Of a stretch of 64,000 bases of DNA, positions 49,829 to 62,397 are shown piece after piece. The notes below the pieces were generated by a model. It was not told where the DNA came from. It was given only the letters and a program-made list of their open reading frames with translations, and ran no database searches. A program made the translations under genes and the position numbers. Source of the stretch: Squalus acanthias (lineage: Eukaryota); NCBI GenBank assembly GCA_030390025.1, contig CM059432.1, positions 5,704,001 through 5,768,000 on the forward strand. The letters run 5' to 3'. Position 1 is the stretch's first letter. Each line of letters begins with the position of its first letter.

Positions 49829-52069
49829 TATATCTTTTAGGCAAATTCCCCAAACAAAAAAAACTGGTCTTAAGGGAGACTTCCAGACGAAGCTAGAAAC
49901 GTCAACAATAATGTCCGAAAAAAGCACTTCCAAGTAATGAGTGTCCATAAATTACCACAATGAAACACTGCAATTCACCGTTAAGAACCCAGCATTAGAA
50001 TTAAGCTACTGATCTAAGTTACCCCTGTTTTAAAGTGACGGTTCCGAGAACAGAACTGACAGAACCTAAGATGGACAACATCATCCATTCTGAACCCTTC
50101 ATGTGCATGGCTGCGCTCTTGCTAGGGCTGGTGCATCTTCCTCCAGCCCTCAACTCCGACAGGATTTATAACGCCACTTAAATGGGGATAAACACGGCAA
50201 ATCCAGGCTACGTCCCAAATTCCACCCCGCACCCATCCACCCCCAACTCCAACACCCAAATAGGTCTGTTGGGTTTCTGCCCTACAAAACCATCAGCATT
50301 TTGGGTACACAGCAACAATCACTCTGTTGGTGAAATGGAAGGTGCGATTCTAGGGATTGTCAATGAATGGTGATTTGTTTTATTATTCATTCTCGGGATG
50401 TCGGCATTGCTGGCAAGGCTGGCGTTTAGTGCCCATCCCTGGATGCTCTAGAGAAGGTGGTGGAGGTGGGCCTTCTTTTGGAATGGTTATAATTTTCACA
50501 ATATTATAAATGATATTTAATTTGTGATGTGAAAATTAACTCGACTCAATTTTAAAAATATCAGAAATTAAAATGCAACTTCAATTCAATTTGGCACCAA
50601 TTACTGCCAGTAGTTTCATCCATCATCTCAGCCATGTAAGCGCCTATATCTGATGAAGCAGTAACTGAGTCCATGTTCTTTGCATGTGCCTATACTGTGC
50701 CAAGTTGAATCTGTACACTTCTCCAATTAACCTTTGAAATAGAAATGGAATGGTTCCTTTCTTTTTGCAAGTATAGAACTCTATTCAAAAAAAATTTTTT
50801 TATTCGTTTTATGGGATGTGGGCGTCACTGGCAAGGGCAGCATTTATTGCCCATCCCTAATTGCCCTCGAGAAGGTGGTGGTGAGCCGCCTTCTTGAACC
50901 GCTGCAGTCCGTGTGGTGATGGTACTCCCACAGTGCTGTTAGGGAGGGAGTTCCAGGATTTTGACCCAGCGACGATGAAGGAACGGCCGATATACTTCCA
51001 AGTCAGAATGGTGTGTGACTCGGAAGGGAACTTGGAGGTGGTGGGTGTTCCCATGCGGCTGCTACCCTTGTCTTTCTAGGTGGAAGACGTCGCGAGTTTG
51101 GGAGGTGCTGCCGAAGAAGCCTTGGCGAGTTGCTGCAGTGCATCTTGTAGATGGTACACACTGCAGCCACGGTACGCCGGTGGTGGAGGGAGTGAATGTT
51201 TAAGGTGGTGGATGGGGTGCCAATCAAGCAGGCTGCCACAGTGCTGTTAGGGAGGGAGTTCCAGGATTTTGACCCAGTGACGATGAAGGAACGGCCGATA
51301 TATTTCCAAGTAGGATGGTGTGTGACTTGGAGGGGAACTGGCAAAGCATCTGGACAGCCCTACTCCCTGTAGATCCTTGTCAGATCATTTCTGATGTATC
51401 TTTGCAGCCTTTGTGTTTGGAAAGGCCAATGTTGACACATTGTATGTTCAATTAGAATTATGAACATACCTACACAATTAGAGCAATGTATTAAAAGTGT
51501 TCGAAGTATTATTGCATGATAGTAAACACCATAAAACATTCAAAATCAGAAATATATTTGATACTGTGATTGTGCCCACAATGGACTGCAAAGCCCTGAA
51601 ATGTGGTTATAAAGTAGATCTGTCTCTTGAGCAATGATGGCCATTGTAAGTTTATTCGCAGTGTACCAAACACATCAGTGAACTGAGCTGGTTTGATATC
51701 TTTTGCATTAGCGTTTTTAACACAAACCATTGGGTTTTTTTTCCCTGAGGTTACCTCTGTGCCAATTGGTAATGTTTAAAAGGTGATGTGGTTTACAGAC
51801 TGGACAATGCACGTCCACACAAAGGGTCAATCTGCATAAATCTCTTTCCGCTGCTGCCTTTAGCTGTCGGGATTGAGGGCTCGCACTACAGCAGCCGCTG
51901 CAAGTATCAGGTGGAAATACAATCCGAAGGATCTTCCTCATGCTTACTAATGGATCCCCGCTTATGACTAAAAATAGATATGGTTTCAATGGTCTCCGGG
52001 CACACCATCACAAACCTTCACCCAGCTGAAGATGTTATTGATTATCTGCTGCTCGTCAGTTCGAAATCC

Positions 52070-53265
52070 TGGAATCACAGAATAGCACAGCACAGAAGGA
52101 GGCCACTCGGCCCATCGAGTCTGTGCTGGCTCTTTCGAAGAGTCTCCAGTTAGTCCCACTCCCCCGGCTCTTTCCCCATATCCCTGCAAATTTATTCTCC
52201 TTCAAGTATTTATCCAATTCCCTTTTGAAGGCTGCTATTGAATCTGTATCCACCTCCCTATCAGGCAGCGCGTTCCAAATCCTAACCACTCGTTGCTTAA
52301 AAAAGTTTCCCCTCATGTTGCCTCTGGTTCTTTTGCCAATCACCTTAAATCTGTGCCTCTCGTTAGCAACCCTTCAGCCATTGGAAACAGTTTCTCTTTA
52401 TTTACTCTGTCTAAACCCTTCATGATTTTGAACACCTCTATCAAATCTCCACTTAGCCTTCTCTGCTCCAAGGAGAACAAACCCCAGCTTCTCCAGTCTA
52501 TCCACGTAACTGTAATCCCTCATCCCTGGAACCATTCTAGTAAATCTTTTCTGTACCCTCTCCAAAGCCTTCACGTTCTTCCTCAAGCATGGTGCTCAGA
52601 ACTGGACACAACACTCCAGCTGGGGCCATCTAAACAGTACTGAGGGGAGAATATTACAACTTCAAAGTTTTCTAACTTTTAACTACAGTTTTCTACTACA
52701 GTTGTACAGGGCCTTGGTGAGACCACACCTAGAGTACTGTGTGCAGTTTTGGTCTCCTTACCTAAGAAAGGATATACTTGCCATAGAGGGAGTGCAGCGA
52801 AGGTTCACCAGACTGATTCCTGGGATGGCAGGTCTGTCGTATGAGGAGAGATTGGGTCGACTAGGCCTGTATTCACTAGAGTTTAGAAGAATGAGAGGGG
52901 ATCTCATTGAAACGTATAAAATTCTGACAGGGCTAGACAGACTGGATGCAGGGAGGATGTTTCCCCTGGCTGAGGGGTCACAGTCTCAGGATACGGGGTA
53001 GGACATTTAGGACTGAGATGAGGAGAAATTTCTTCACTCAGAGGGTGGTGAACCTGTGGAATTCTCTACCACAGAAGGCTGTGGCAGCCAAGTCACTGAA
53101 TATATTTAAGAAGGAGATAGATAGATTTCTAGGCGCAAAAGGCGTCAAGGGGTATGGGGAGAGAGCGGGAATATGGTATTGAGATAGAGGATCAGCCATG
53201 ATCATATTGAATGATGGAGCAGGCTCGAAGGGCCTACTCCTGCTCCTATTTTTCTATGTTTCTAA
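52070..53265. mobile_element. Two back-to-back CR1 3' fragments (52070-52630 minus, 52700-53265 plus)
   Basis: RPHLEYCVQFWSP, RGDLIE, RVVNLWNSLP and CR1 tails. Confidence 0.85.
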
Positions 53266-54128
53266 CTAAGATCTGACTTGGACGATAACTTAACAATACC
53301 CAAGAAACCTCTTTCTTTATAACTCAGTTACACTGAGGCATCACCACAATAGGTGCATGTGTTATGAATGATTTGAACCATATTGCCTTAGGTCCAGATT
53401 TGCTTCACATTGGTCCTATATTTAACTAATAAATCATAGAATCATAGAATGGTTACAGCACAGAAGGAGGCCATGCAGCCCGTCAAGCCCGTGCCGGCTC
53501 TCTGCAAGAGCACTTCAATGGATCTTCCAATGATTTTACAAGTGATACATTGTCAAAGATACTGAGCACAGAATCAGATCAATTTTAATTGAGATTGATA
53601 AGAGACAATTTGGCAATAGGATTGTATCCTTGAAATATGATATGCTATATAAAGGTGAAACTAGAAATTGTGCTCAACTTTTGGTACTTTATCGACCTGA
53701 TCCTTTGATATAGTCAATCAGAAAAAAAAACCCTGGCTTATCGCTAAAATCTGGCCCTCAGATGGCCTCTGAATGTGTTAGATCATGAGGCTACAGTAAA
53801 AGATCCTGTAGGCATCACCAACCACAGGCTCATAGTGTTTGCACACCTGACAATGGTGTTTCCCAGACCCTGTTGTGGGATTGGCAATGCTGTTGTCTTG
53901 TCATAGCCAGGAACTGCCTGCACTTGTGGTCAACCTAATCATTGTGAATTTCACTGACGCTCCAAACTAAACAAAAACCACCAAAATGTAGTTTTGTTTG
54001 ACTTTTTGCCATATTTCTGTGTCCTATGTTGTACTTAATTGCTGCCAGTTTTTTTTTTGTTTTATCGACTATGTTTTGTAAAATGACCAGGACTGACAAA
54101 TATAATAACCAAATTAAAAAGTTCATAC

Positions 54129-54223
54129 TTGGAATGGTGCCCAAGTCAATATACGGGACTTCAGATGTCTGTTTTTCTCTGTTTTTGGCTATCAGAAAAA
54201 CTCCAAGGAATGACAGCATACAC
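54129..54223 (-). CDS. NIPAL2: NIPAL2 coding exon
   Basis: cctag|G TGT...CCA A|gtatga, 95 bp. CMLSFLGVFLIAKNREKQTSEVPYIDLGTIP matches human CFLSFLGVFLVTRNREKEHLQQSYIDFGNIP. Confidence 0.93.
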
Positions 54224-54511
54224 CTAGGAATAGTGAAACAAGACATTACAGAACGACTGAAGACAAAACATGCCCTCCACACAGTACGACATCTTAATAC
54301 AGTCTTTTTTACACTATTCAATGTGTAACAAAACAGTTTTAACTTTGCAAAAATTGTTCATGCATGAAATCACTCCTTGGGATGTACTGCGTGAAGCAGC
54401 AACTGCGCCAAATGCTGTCAGACCGAGACACAAAGCCTGAACAAGGAAAATGAGAAGCAGAATGAGAGGAGCGAGGGTTGTTGCTGACTACGGGCTGGTT
54501 TCATCACTTAC

Positions 54512-54575
54512 CCAAACAGGAACATAAACACATTAAGTAAGGCAGCACCATGGAACTCCTGGTAAAATATCACTC
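54512..54575 (-). CDS. NIPAL2: NIPAL2 coding exon
   Basis: ctgcag|GA...TTTGG|gtaagt, 64 bp. (G)VIFYQEFHGAALLNVFMFLF(G) matches human GIIFYQEFLGAPFLTVFIYLFG. Confidence 0.92.
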
Positions 54576-55068
54576 CTGCAGTTAAACAAAGAAAAGACTG
54601 AAACACAGAGCCATGGTTAGAATAACACATTCAATCTTCTAAGTGTTTAAATACCAATGGAGCAGTGACTCGTTGCACATTCTCAGATTTGGTCTCCAAA
54701 CTTTTTATAGAAACTTGTACTTAGGCTGTAATATATATCATTCCACGTGTCTGAGTCAAGGGCAATGTTCCCTTTAAATTTTTTTTGGGTGCGCGGCCCG
54801 TTCAAATTTCCGCCCGTGCACGGTTTTTCCCACTGTAAAGCCGGCAAGCCAGACACTTAACTGGACCAGCCACATAAATACTGTGGCAACAAGAGCAGGT
54901 CAGAGGCTGGGTATTCTGCGGCGAGTGTCTCACCTCCTGACTCCCCAAAGCCTTTCCACCATCTACAAGGCACAAGTCAGGAATGTAATGCAATATTCTC
55001 CACTTGCCTGGATGAGTGCAGCTCCGACAACACTCAAGAAGCTCGACACCATCCAGGACAAAGCAGCC

Positions 55069-55472
55069 TGGTGCCTCACAGCGCCAGAGACCCGGGTTCG
55101 AATCTGACCTCGGGTGACTGTCTGTGTGGAGTTTGCACATTCTCCCCGTGTCTGCATGGGTTTCCTCCGGGTGCTCCGGTTTCCTCCCACAGTCCAAAAA
55201 TGTGCGGGTTAGGTTGATTTGGCTATGATAAATTGACCCTTAGTGTTAGGGGGGATTAAATATGTGGGGTTATGGGGATAGGATGGGATATGTTAGGGGG
55301 AATTAAATACGTGGGGTTACGGGGGTAGGGTGGGATATGTGTACTGTGGGGATTAAAGCAGGGACAGGGTACTGGATTTGGATGATCAGCCATGATCGTA
55401 TTGAATGGCGGAGCAGGCTCGACGGGCCGAATGGCCTACTCCTGCTCCTAGATTCTATGTTTCTATGTTTCT
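55069..55472 (+). mobile_element. V-SINE (HE1-like) inserted in a LINE fragment
   Basis: B-box GGTTCGAATC, V-domain GGAGTTTGCACATTCTCCCCGTGTCTGC...GGTTTCCTCCGGGTGCTCCGGTTTCCTCCCACAGTCCAAA, short tandem-duplicated region, CR1-type tail; AGCC duplicated at the ends. Confidence 0.85.
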
Positions 55473-56929
55473 AGCCCGCTTGATTGGCACCCCATCCACC
55501 ACCTTAAACATTCACTCCCTCCACCACCGGCGTACCGTGGCTGCAGTGTGTACCATCTACAAGATGCACTGCAGCAACTCGCCGAGGCTTCTTCGGCAGC
55601 ACCTCCCAAAGCCGCAACCTCTACCACCTAGAAGGACAAGGGCAGCAGGCGCATGGGAACACCACAACCTGATTTACTGAATCATTACATATGTTCCAGT
55701 TATCCTTCAAATTTTCTTCGAAGTTCAAAACTCTAGCTGGCATTGCGTGCTGTGGGCCACCGAGTAATAATTCATCACAAAGAACGCCTATTTCCATCTC
55801 CGTAACATCGCCCGACTCCGCCCCACCTCAACTGATCCGCTGCTGAAACCCTCATCCATGCCTCTGTTGTCTCTAGACTTGACAATTCCAACGCACTCCT
55901 GGCCGGCCTCCCATGTTCTACCCTCCGTAAACGGGAGCATCGGTCATCACCCATGGCAACCCCCATCCGGTGGTGCAGGGACATAGGGATTTCAGACCCC
56001 TTTGTTTCTGGTTTTTATGGAGAGAGTCTCGTACCCTGACAGGAACTAGAAAGTCAACCTAATCACGTTCAATTTTCCTTCCTGGTAGTTTTTTTTTGTG
56101 CTTTACTGGTTATTAAAACTTGATGCACAAAGACAACAAAATAAAACATCTCTGACTGCCAATGATACCAGCGAGGTTTGTAAGCCCCTTTTTAACACTT
56201 TAGCAGAAACTCAGTCTGGCTCCACTGGTATTAATTTATTATACACACTTGCTCAATCTTATTGGAATCACATCATTGCAAATTTACTGACATGACATGC
56301 TTCTGCCCAAAAATCAGAAACATAATAGCTTTTAATCCCCGGGCAAAACTTTATTTGATTAGTTCAGCCTGCTAGAAGCCGCACTGCTGACAGTTGTGTA
56401 CATGGAGAGATCAGAGCTGTTAGTTCACAGATTAGAGCTGTGACCTCACTGCTATAAAGAAAGACTTGCATTTCTATAGCGCCTTTCACGACCTCAGGAC
56501 ATCTCAAAGCGCTTTACAGCCAATGAAGTACTTTTGAAGAGTAGTCACTGTTGTAATGCGGGAATCGCGGCAGCCAATTTGCGCACAGCAAGCTCCCACA
56601 CACAGCAATGAGGTGCAATCACCAGATAATCTGTTTTAGTGATGTTGATTGAGGGATAAATATCGGCCAGGACACCAGGGATAACTCTCCTGCTCTTCTT
56701 CGAAATAGTGCCATGGGATCTTCTACGTCCACCTGAGAGAGCAGACGGGGCCTCAGTTTAACATCTCGTCCGAAAGACGGCACCTCCGACAGTGCAGCAC
56801 TCCCTCAGCACTGCAATGGAGTGTCGACCTAGATTTTTTTTGTGCTCAAGTCTCTGGAGTGGGACTTGAACCCACAACCTGCTGACTCAGAGGCGAGGGT
56901 GCTACCCACTGAGCCACAGTTGACACACT

Positions 56930-57681
56930 GACCCGTAATTTGCAGCCCCTACAGGCGCATACAAGGTGCGTACACGCCCGTAAGGGCCGTGCAAGTTCCG
57001 GATTTTTGCACGCGAAGCGCATGCGCGAAAACCTGGAACTTGCGATCTGTCAAGAATGTTCTTGACAGATGATCCGCAACCCCGGGAAAAGGGCCTCCGC
57101 GGGCGGAGAGTTGGTCTATTCTGCCCAGCAAATGCCCGCGAAATTCTTACGCCTGGTAAAAGCAGCTGTAAGGTTTGTTTTTAATCAGCGTAAGAACTTA
57201 AAAAACAGAAAAATTAATTTTTTTCAATAATTTATACATTTAAAAACCTGTGAAATAAGGTAAGGTTATTTTTAGTCCCTTTAATACATTTAAATTTATT
57301 TTTCAAAATATTAAATTTTTGTTTTAAATATTAAATGGCATTTTAATTAATTTTAAATATGTGATTTATTTATTTTTATTTGATGTCTATTTGTATTTTT
57401 GGGGGTATTCCCATTCATGGGGTTTCTGTAAATACAGAATCTCCATCAGCATGAATGGGGATTCACTTCTGTCATTGGTTGGGCCGGCCCACATGATCCC
57501 AGGGGTGCTCGTGAACTGCCTGCGCCCCCCCCGGGATACGTGGGCCTCTACCCCATGGGTACCCGGAGAGGCCCAGGACCGCAAGTCTCCGGACCTCCCG
57601 GACCACCAGGTACGTGAGCATTTTATTTGTGGATCGGAGGCATCCAGCCCGCGAGAAGTCTCTGCCCGCAAATTCAGGGCC
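56930..57681. mobile_element. Non-autonomous DNA transposon, PIF/Harbinger-like
   Basis: TIR GACCCGTAATTTGC / GCAAATTCAGGGCC; ACT on both flanks; GC-rich ends around an AT-rich core. Confidence 0.65.
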
Positions 57682-58127
57682 ACTGTGTATAAGTTGGTTC
57701 GTGTGTTTGCTCACTAATGGTCCATTTTTCACTGTGGTACTCTTTCAGGAATTTTTGCATTCCTTTGTACAACACACAAGTATGAACGTAAATAGGAACA
57801 GGAGGAGGCCATTCAGCCCCTCAACTCTGTTCCGCCATTCAATTAGATCACGGCTGATCGATATGTTAAATCTGTGCAAACTATAAAAAAAAGCTCGTAG
57901 TAAATAAAATTATGTGTAAAATGGCAATTTGGAAATCGTGGAAATTATTACCTGTGCGCTTTAAAGAACTTTATCGTGGGAGCGTGTAGTAAATTGCCTG
58001 TCTGGTGAAATTCTCAAGCTGCTGTTAAATTACAGCACTGTCACTGAACAAAGCACTGTCATATAAATGTGGTCAAAATTGAGAGGTCGCACAACACCAG
58101 GTTATAGTCCAACAGTTTTATTTGAAA

Positions 58128-58169
58128 TCACAAGCTTTCGGAGCTATCGATTGCCCCTTCCTCAGGTGA
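58128..58169 (-). ncRNA. Minimal hammerhead ribozyme motif (PLE family 2), sense to NIPAL2 pre-mRNA
   Basis: Minus strand TCAC-CTGAGGA-A-GGGGC aatcgata GCTCC-GAAAG-CTT-GTGA. Confidence 0.8.
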
Positions 58170-58351
58170 AGTAAATAGATACAGAATCGCCAAAGCATAT
58201 ATAGATAGAGAACAAAGCATGTGTACCTTACAATTGCAGACCACTAAATTAAATCATCCTGACTATCTGCCGAGGTGTGATAAAGTTAATCAGGTCAGCC
58301 AGGAAGGTACCACATCAAAGACATAGCAAGATACAAAATATAAATGTGGTG

Positions 58352-58930
58352 ACAGGGCTTTGGTGAGACCACACCTGGAGTACTGTGCACAGCTTTGGTC
58401 TCCTTATCTAAGGAAGGATATACTTGCCTTGGAGGCGGTGCAACGAAGGTTCACTAGATTGATTCCTGGGATGAGAGGGTTGTCCTAATGAGGAGAGATT
58501 GTGTAGAATGGGCCTATACTCTCTGGAGTTTAGAAGAATGAGAGGTGATCTCATTGAAACATACAAGATTCTGAGGGGGATTGACAGGGTAGATGCTGAG
58601 AGGTTGTTTCCTTGGCTGGAGAGCCTAGAACCAGGGGGCATAGTCTCAGGATAAGGGGTTGGCCATTTAAGACCGAGATGAGGAGAAATTTCTTCACTCG
58701 GAGGGTTGTGAATCTTTGGAATTTTCTACCCCAAAGCACTGTGGATGCTAAGTCGTTGAGTATATTCAAGGCTGAGATGGATAGATTTTTGGACTCTATG
58801 GGAATCGAGGGATATGGGGATCGGGCGGGAAAGTGGAGTTGAGGTCGAAGATCAGCCATGATCTTATTGAATGGCGGAGCAGGCTCGAGGGGCCGAATGG
58901 CCGACTCCTGCTCCTATTTCAATGTTCTTA
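58352..58930 (+). mobile_element. CR1 3' fragment
   Basis: RPHLEYC...RRNFFTRRVVNLWN plus tail. Confidence 0.88.
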
Positions 58931-59434
58931 TGTGACACTAGTGCCTCTGGCGACACAAAATTCCAGCTCAAGAGGCGGTTTTTTCCAATGTCACTGGAGA
59001 CAAGACACTGCCAGTGGGAAACATAAACAGGTGTTAATTTACCCTGGTCATGGGCAGGCTCAGCAGGACAACATTGTGCCCAACTTCCTGTGACATCTGG
59101 GAAGGTTCGATGTCCAGAAACAAAAGTGACAATTCCTGCTGGACCATGATCCAGGCCCCAATATTGCTGTAATCTCTGCCCCATATTGTAAACACACTGA
59201 AAATCAGAGCCCGAGCAGAGCCAAGTCAAGCAGGTTTGCAATATCAATATGATTAACCCATCAGAATAAATCAAAAAGCAAAATCTGCATTTGCTGTAAA
59301 TCTGAAGCAAAAGCAGAAAATGCGCGAGACCCTTTGCAGGTCAGGCAGCGTCTGTGGAGAGAACTCAAGTCAGTCGCTATTTAGGTGTGGAACCTTTCCT
59401 CAGAACCAGAAGATGTTACAGATGAACAGCCTTG

Positions 59435-60070
59435 GGATGTTTCCACCTCCGTAACATCGCCCGACTCCGCCCCTGCCTCAGCTCATCCGCTGCTGAAATC
59501 CTCATCCGTGCCTCTGTTACCTCTAGACTTGACTATTCCAACGCACTCCTGGCCGGCCTCCCATCTTCCACCCTACATAAACTTAAGCTGATCCAAAACT
59601 CGGCTGCCCGTGTCCTAACTCGCACCAAGTCCCGTTCACCCATCACCCCTGTGCTTGCTGACCTACATTGGCCCCCGGTTAAGCAACGCCTCGATTTTAA
59701 AATTCTCATCCTTGTTTTCAAATCCCTCCATGGCCTCGCCCCTTCCTAGCTCTGTAATCTTCTTCAGCCCCACAAGCCCCCTGAGATCTCTGTGCTCCTC
59801 TAATTCTGGCCTCGCGAGCACCCCCTATTTTAATTGCTCCACCATTGGCGGCCGTGCCTTCAGCTGCCTGTGTCCTAAGCTCTGGAATTCCCTCCCTAAA
59901 CCTTTCCGCCCCTCTTTCCTCCTTTAAGACGCCCCTTAAAACCTACCTCCATCTGCCCTAATATCTCCTTATGTGTCTCGGTGTCAAATTTTGTTTGATA
60001 ATTGCGCCTGTGAAGCGCCTAGGGACGTTTACTATGTTAAAGGCGCTATATAAATACACGTTGTTGTTGT
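59435..60070 (+). mobile_element. L2 LINE 3' end
   Basis: [11 protein letters not shown]...[14 protein letters not shown]...QNSAARVL...[13 protein letters not shown]; tail aaaggcgctatataaatacacg(ttg)n. Confidence 0.88.
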
Positions 60071-61604
60071 TCGTATTGTATTGGTTTGGATTGGATTGGA
60101 ATTTATGTTGGCACTAGAATTTTATGGTCATTAACCGCCAAACAATTTCTTGATAAACCATCATTTGATAAATGATGCTAGAATCATTAATCATTTATCG
60201 TGCGCGAGTGACATACTGGCTGACAGAATCCCTACTGACACTTGATGCTGACACACAGTTCAGTCTAGTTCTGAATAACAGAACACGTAAAGGCCACAGC
60301 GTGTTTTACAAATAATTTACAGACACCCTGGAGTGATTTTAAGGCTGTAATTTAATCTCAGGGCTTGGCGTACAGCTAGAAATATGTTCTCATGATAAAT
60401 ACAATGTGTGAATCTTTTACCTAGCTAGCTAGGCCACAGCTAGAGCACTGCGCACAGTTGTGGTCACCACATTACAGGAAGGATGTGATTGCACTAGAGA
60501 GGGTACAGAGGAGATTTACCAGGATGTTGCCGGGACTGGAGAATTTTAACTCTGAGAAAAGATTGGATAGGCTGGGGTTGTTTTCTCTAGAACAGAGGAG
60601 GTGGAGGGGAGACTTTTAGGGGGTGATTTTGCCAATGGGGAGCATTTGGAGGCGGGACTTCCACTTGTCGGGTTTCAGTCCCGCCTCCATCAACTTCTGG
60701 CCAACCCACGCTATTTTCCCTTGATTGACCTTGTTAAGCCTGCCCAGCGGGCTTAGCAGGCCAATTAAGGGGAAGCCAGTTGCAGGGAACGTCAACGTAT
60801 GACGTTTCATCTGTCAAAGTTGTCATCGTTTGACAGCTCTGTGAAGCTGTCAAACAGTGACATTATCTAGAGTTTGATGAGGTCTTGAATTCAAGAGCTG
60901 GGAAGTGGGATTAGGCTGGATAGCTCTTCTTTCCAGCCGGCACAGACATGATGGGTCGAATGGCCTCCTTCTGTGCTGTGAATTTCTGTGATTCTATCAC
61001 TATTGAGCAGTTGTTTCCCAAATCAATAATCGCTATTGATTATTGTGTCACCTAACCAGCAGCGCCCCATCAGGAACTCTTCCCAATGACATTGTGAACG
61101 GAAATATTATTCACTCAAAACTTGGAATTAAATTATAGAAATTTCCAGAATGAAGTAACAATTCCCTTCTTTGGAAACATTAAGCAAAATACAATAACAG
61201 CTTACAGATCGAGGAATATTCACTACAGTGGCAATCACTGTGAAATCACAGGCTGTGTTTATGACTATTTCCTCTGGTGGGGGGAGTCCAGAACAAGGGG
61301 GCTTAACCTTAAAATTAGAGTTAGGCCATTCAGGGGTGATGTCAGGAAGCACTTCTTCACACAAAGGGTGGTGGAAATCTGGAACTCTCTCCCCCCAAAA
61401 AGCTACTGAGGCTGGGGGTCAATTGAAAATTTTAAAACTGAGATTGATAGATTTTTGTTAGGCAAGGGGTACTAAGGGTTAGGGAACCACATAGGGTAAG
61501 TGGAGTTAAGATACAGATCAGCCGTGATCTAACTGAATGGCGGAACAGGCTCGAGGGGCTGAATGGTCCACTCCTGGTCCTGTGAGACTGCAGTACCTCA
61601 GGAC

Positions 61605-62022
61605 CAATGTTCCCGCTAAGCTGCACGGCTGCGCAGCGGTCTGGAGGTCCCACGCATGCACGGAAATCTGAACGGGCCGCGCTGCCAGTTAAAGGGACCC
61701 CGCACGGAAAAAAATAAACTCGAGGGAACATCGCTCAGGGTCAACGCTCCCTCTAAGCTGCCGCGCAGTAATCTGCGAGGTCCCGCGCGGGCCGATCGCA
61801 ATCTTTTCCACTGTAAATGCCACGCAGGCGCAGAAATTTAAAGTGACTTCACCTGATGAAGGGGCAGCAGCTCCGAAAGCTTGTGATTTCAAATAAAACT
61901 GTTGGACTATAACCTGGTGTTGTGCGACTTCTCACTTTTGTCCACCCCAGTCCAACATCGGCATCTCCGCATCTTGAAGTAAACAGGCCGCACACAACGA
62001 AGACAATTTAGAGGGAACATTG
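61605..62022. mobile_element. Tandem pair of hAT-like MITEs (61605-61733 and 61742-62022)
   Basis: TIR CAATGTTCCC(T)CTAA; 8-bp CTCAGGAC / CTCAGGGT / CTCAGGAT before, between and after. Related TIR starts near 30108 and 54763. Confidence 0.72.
61849..61886 (+). ncRNA. Minimal hammerhead ribozyme motif (PLE family 2)
   Basis: TCAC-CTGATGA-A-GGGGC agca GCTCC-GAAAG-CTT-GTGA, within a PLE terminal fragment at ~61845-61975. Confidence 0.82.
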
Positions 62023-62308
62023 CTCAGGATGCGGCTATAAAGGACTGCGGTATCGCAAAATACGCCTGTAAAGGACTGTGATACAGCAGGGCTGAAATCT
62101 ACACGATGCGTACCACAGCGAATAGCCCAATACAAGTAGGTGCACATTTTCTGTTCTTGGCAAGTGTGGGGACAGAATTTGAGCAAAGTGCCAAAATTCC
62201 TTTCCGAGTAAAGTGAAAAGAAAGCTGCTGGAAATATCGCTACAATAATCACTCTTATTCACCAACCCGGATGGTGTTTGATTCTCCAGCAGAGATACCG
62301 AATCATAC

Positions 62309-62397
62309 CTGCTATGATGGCACTAGTTGTAAAGAAAACAAAGTTGATTGGCACCACTTCTGTTGCATTATAGAGTTGCATGGCTTGGTTCAAGAAT
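62309..62397 (-). CDS. NIPAL2: NIPA-like domain-containing protein 2, coding exon
   Basis: Minus strand ttgcag|A TTC...GCA G|gtatga, 89 bp. FLNQAMQLYNATEVVPINFVFFTTSAIIA(G) matches human FLNQATKLYNTTTVVPVNHIFFTISAIIAG. Confidence 0.92.

Noticed and set aside
51986..52068. Possible alternative NIPAL2 last exon (ccag|GATTTCGAACT...CATTGA, minus strand)
   Set aside because: The acceptor derives from a CR1 tail, there is no similarity to NIPAL2, and a homologous last exon exists at 45731-45840.
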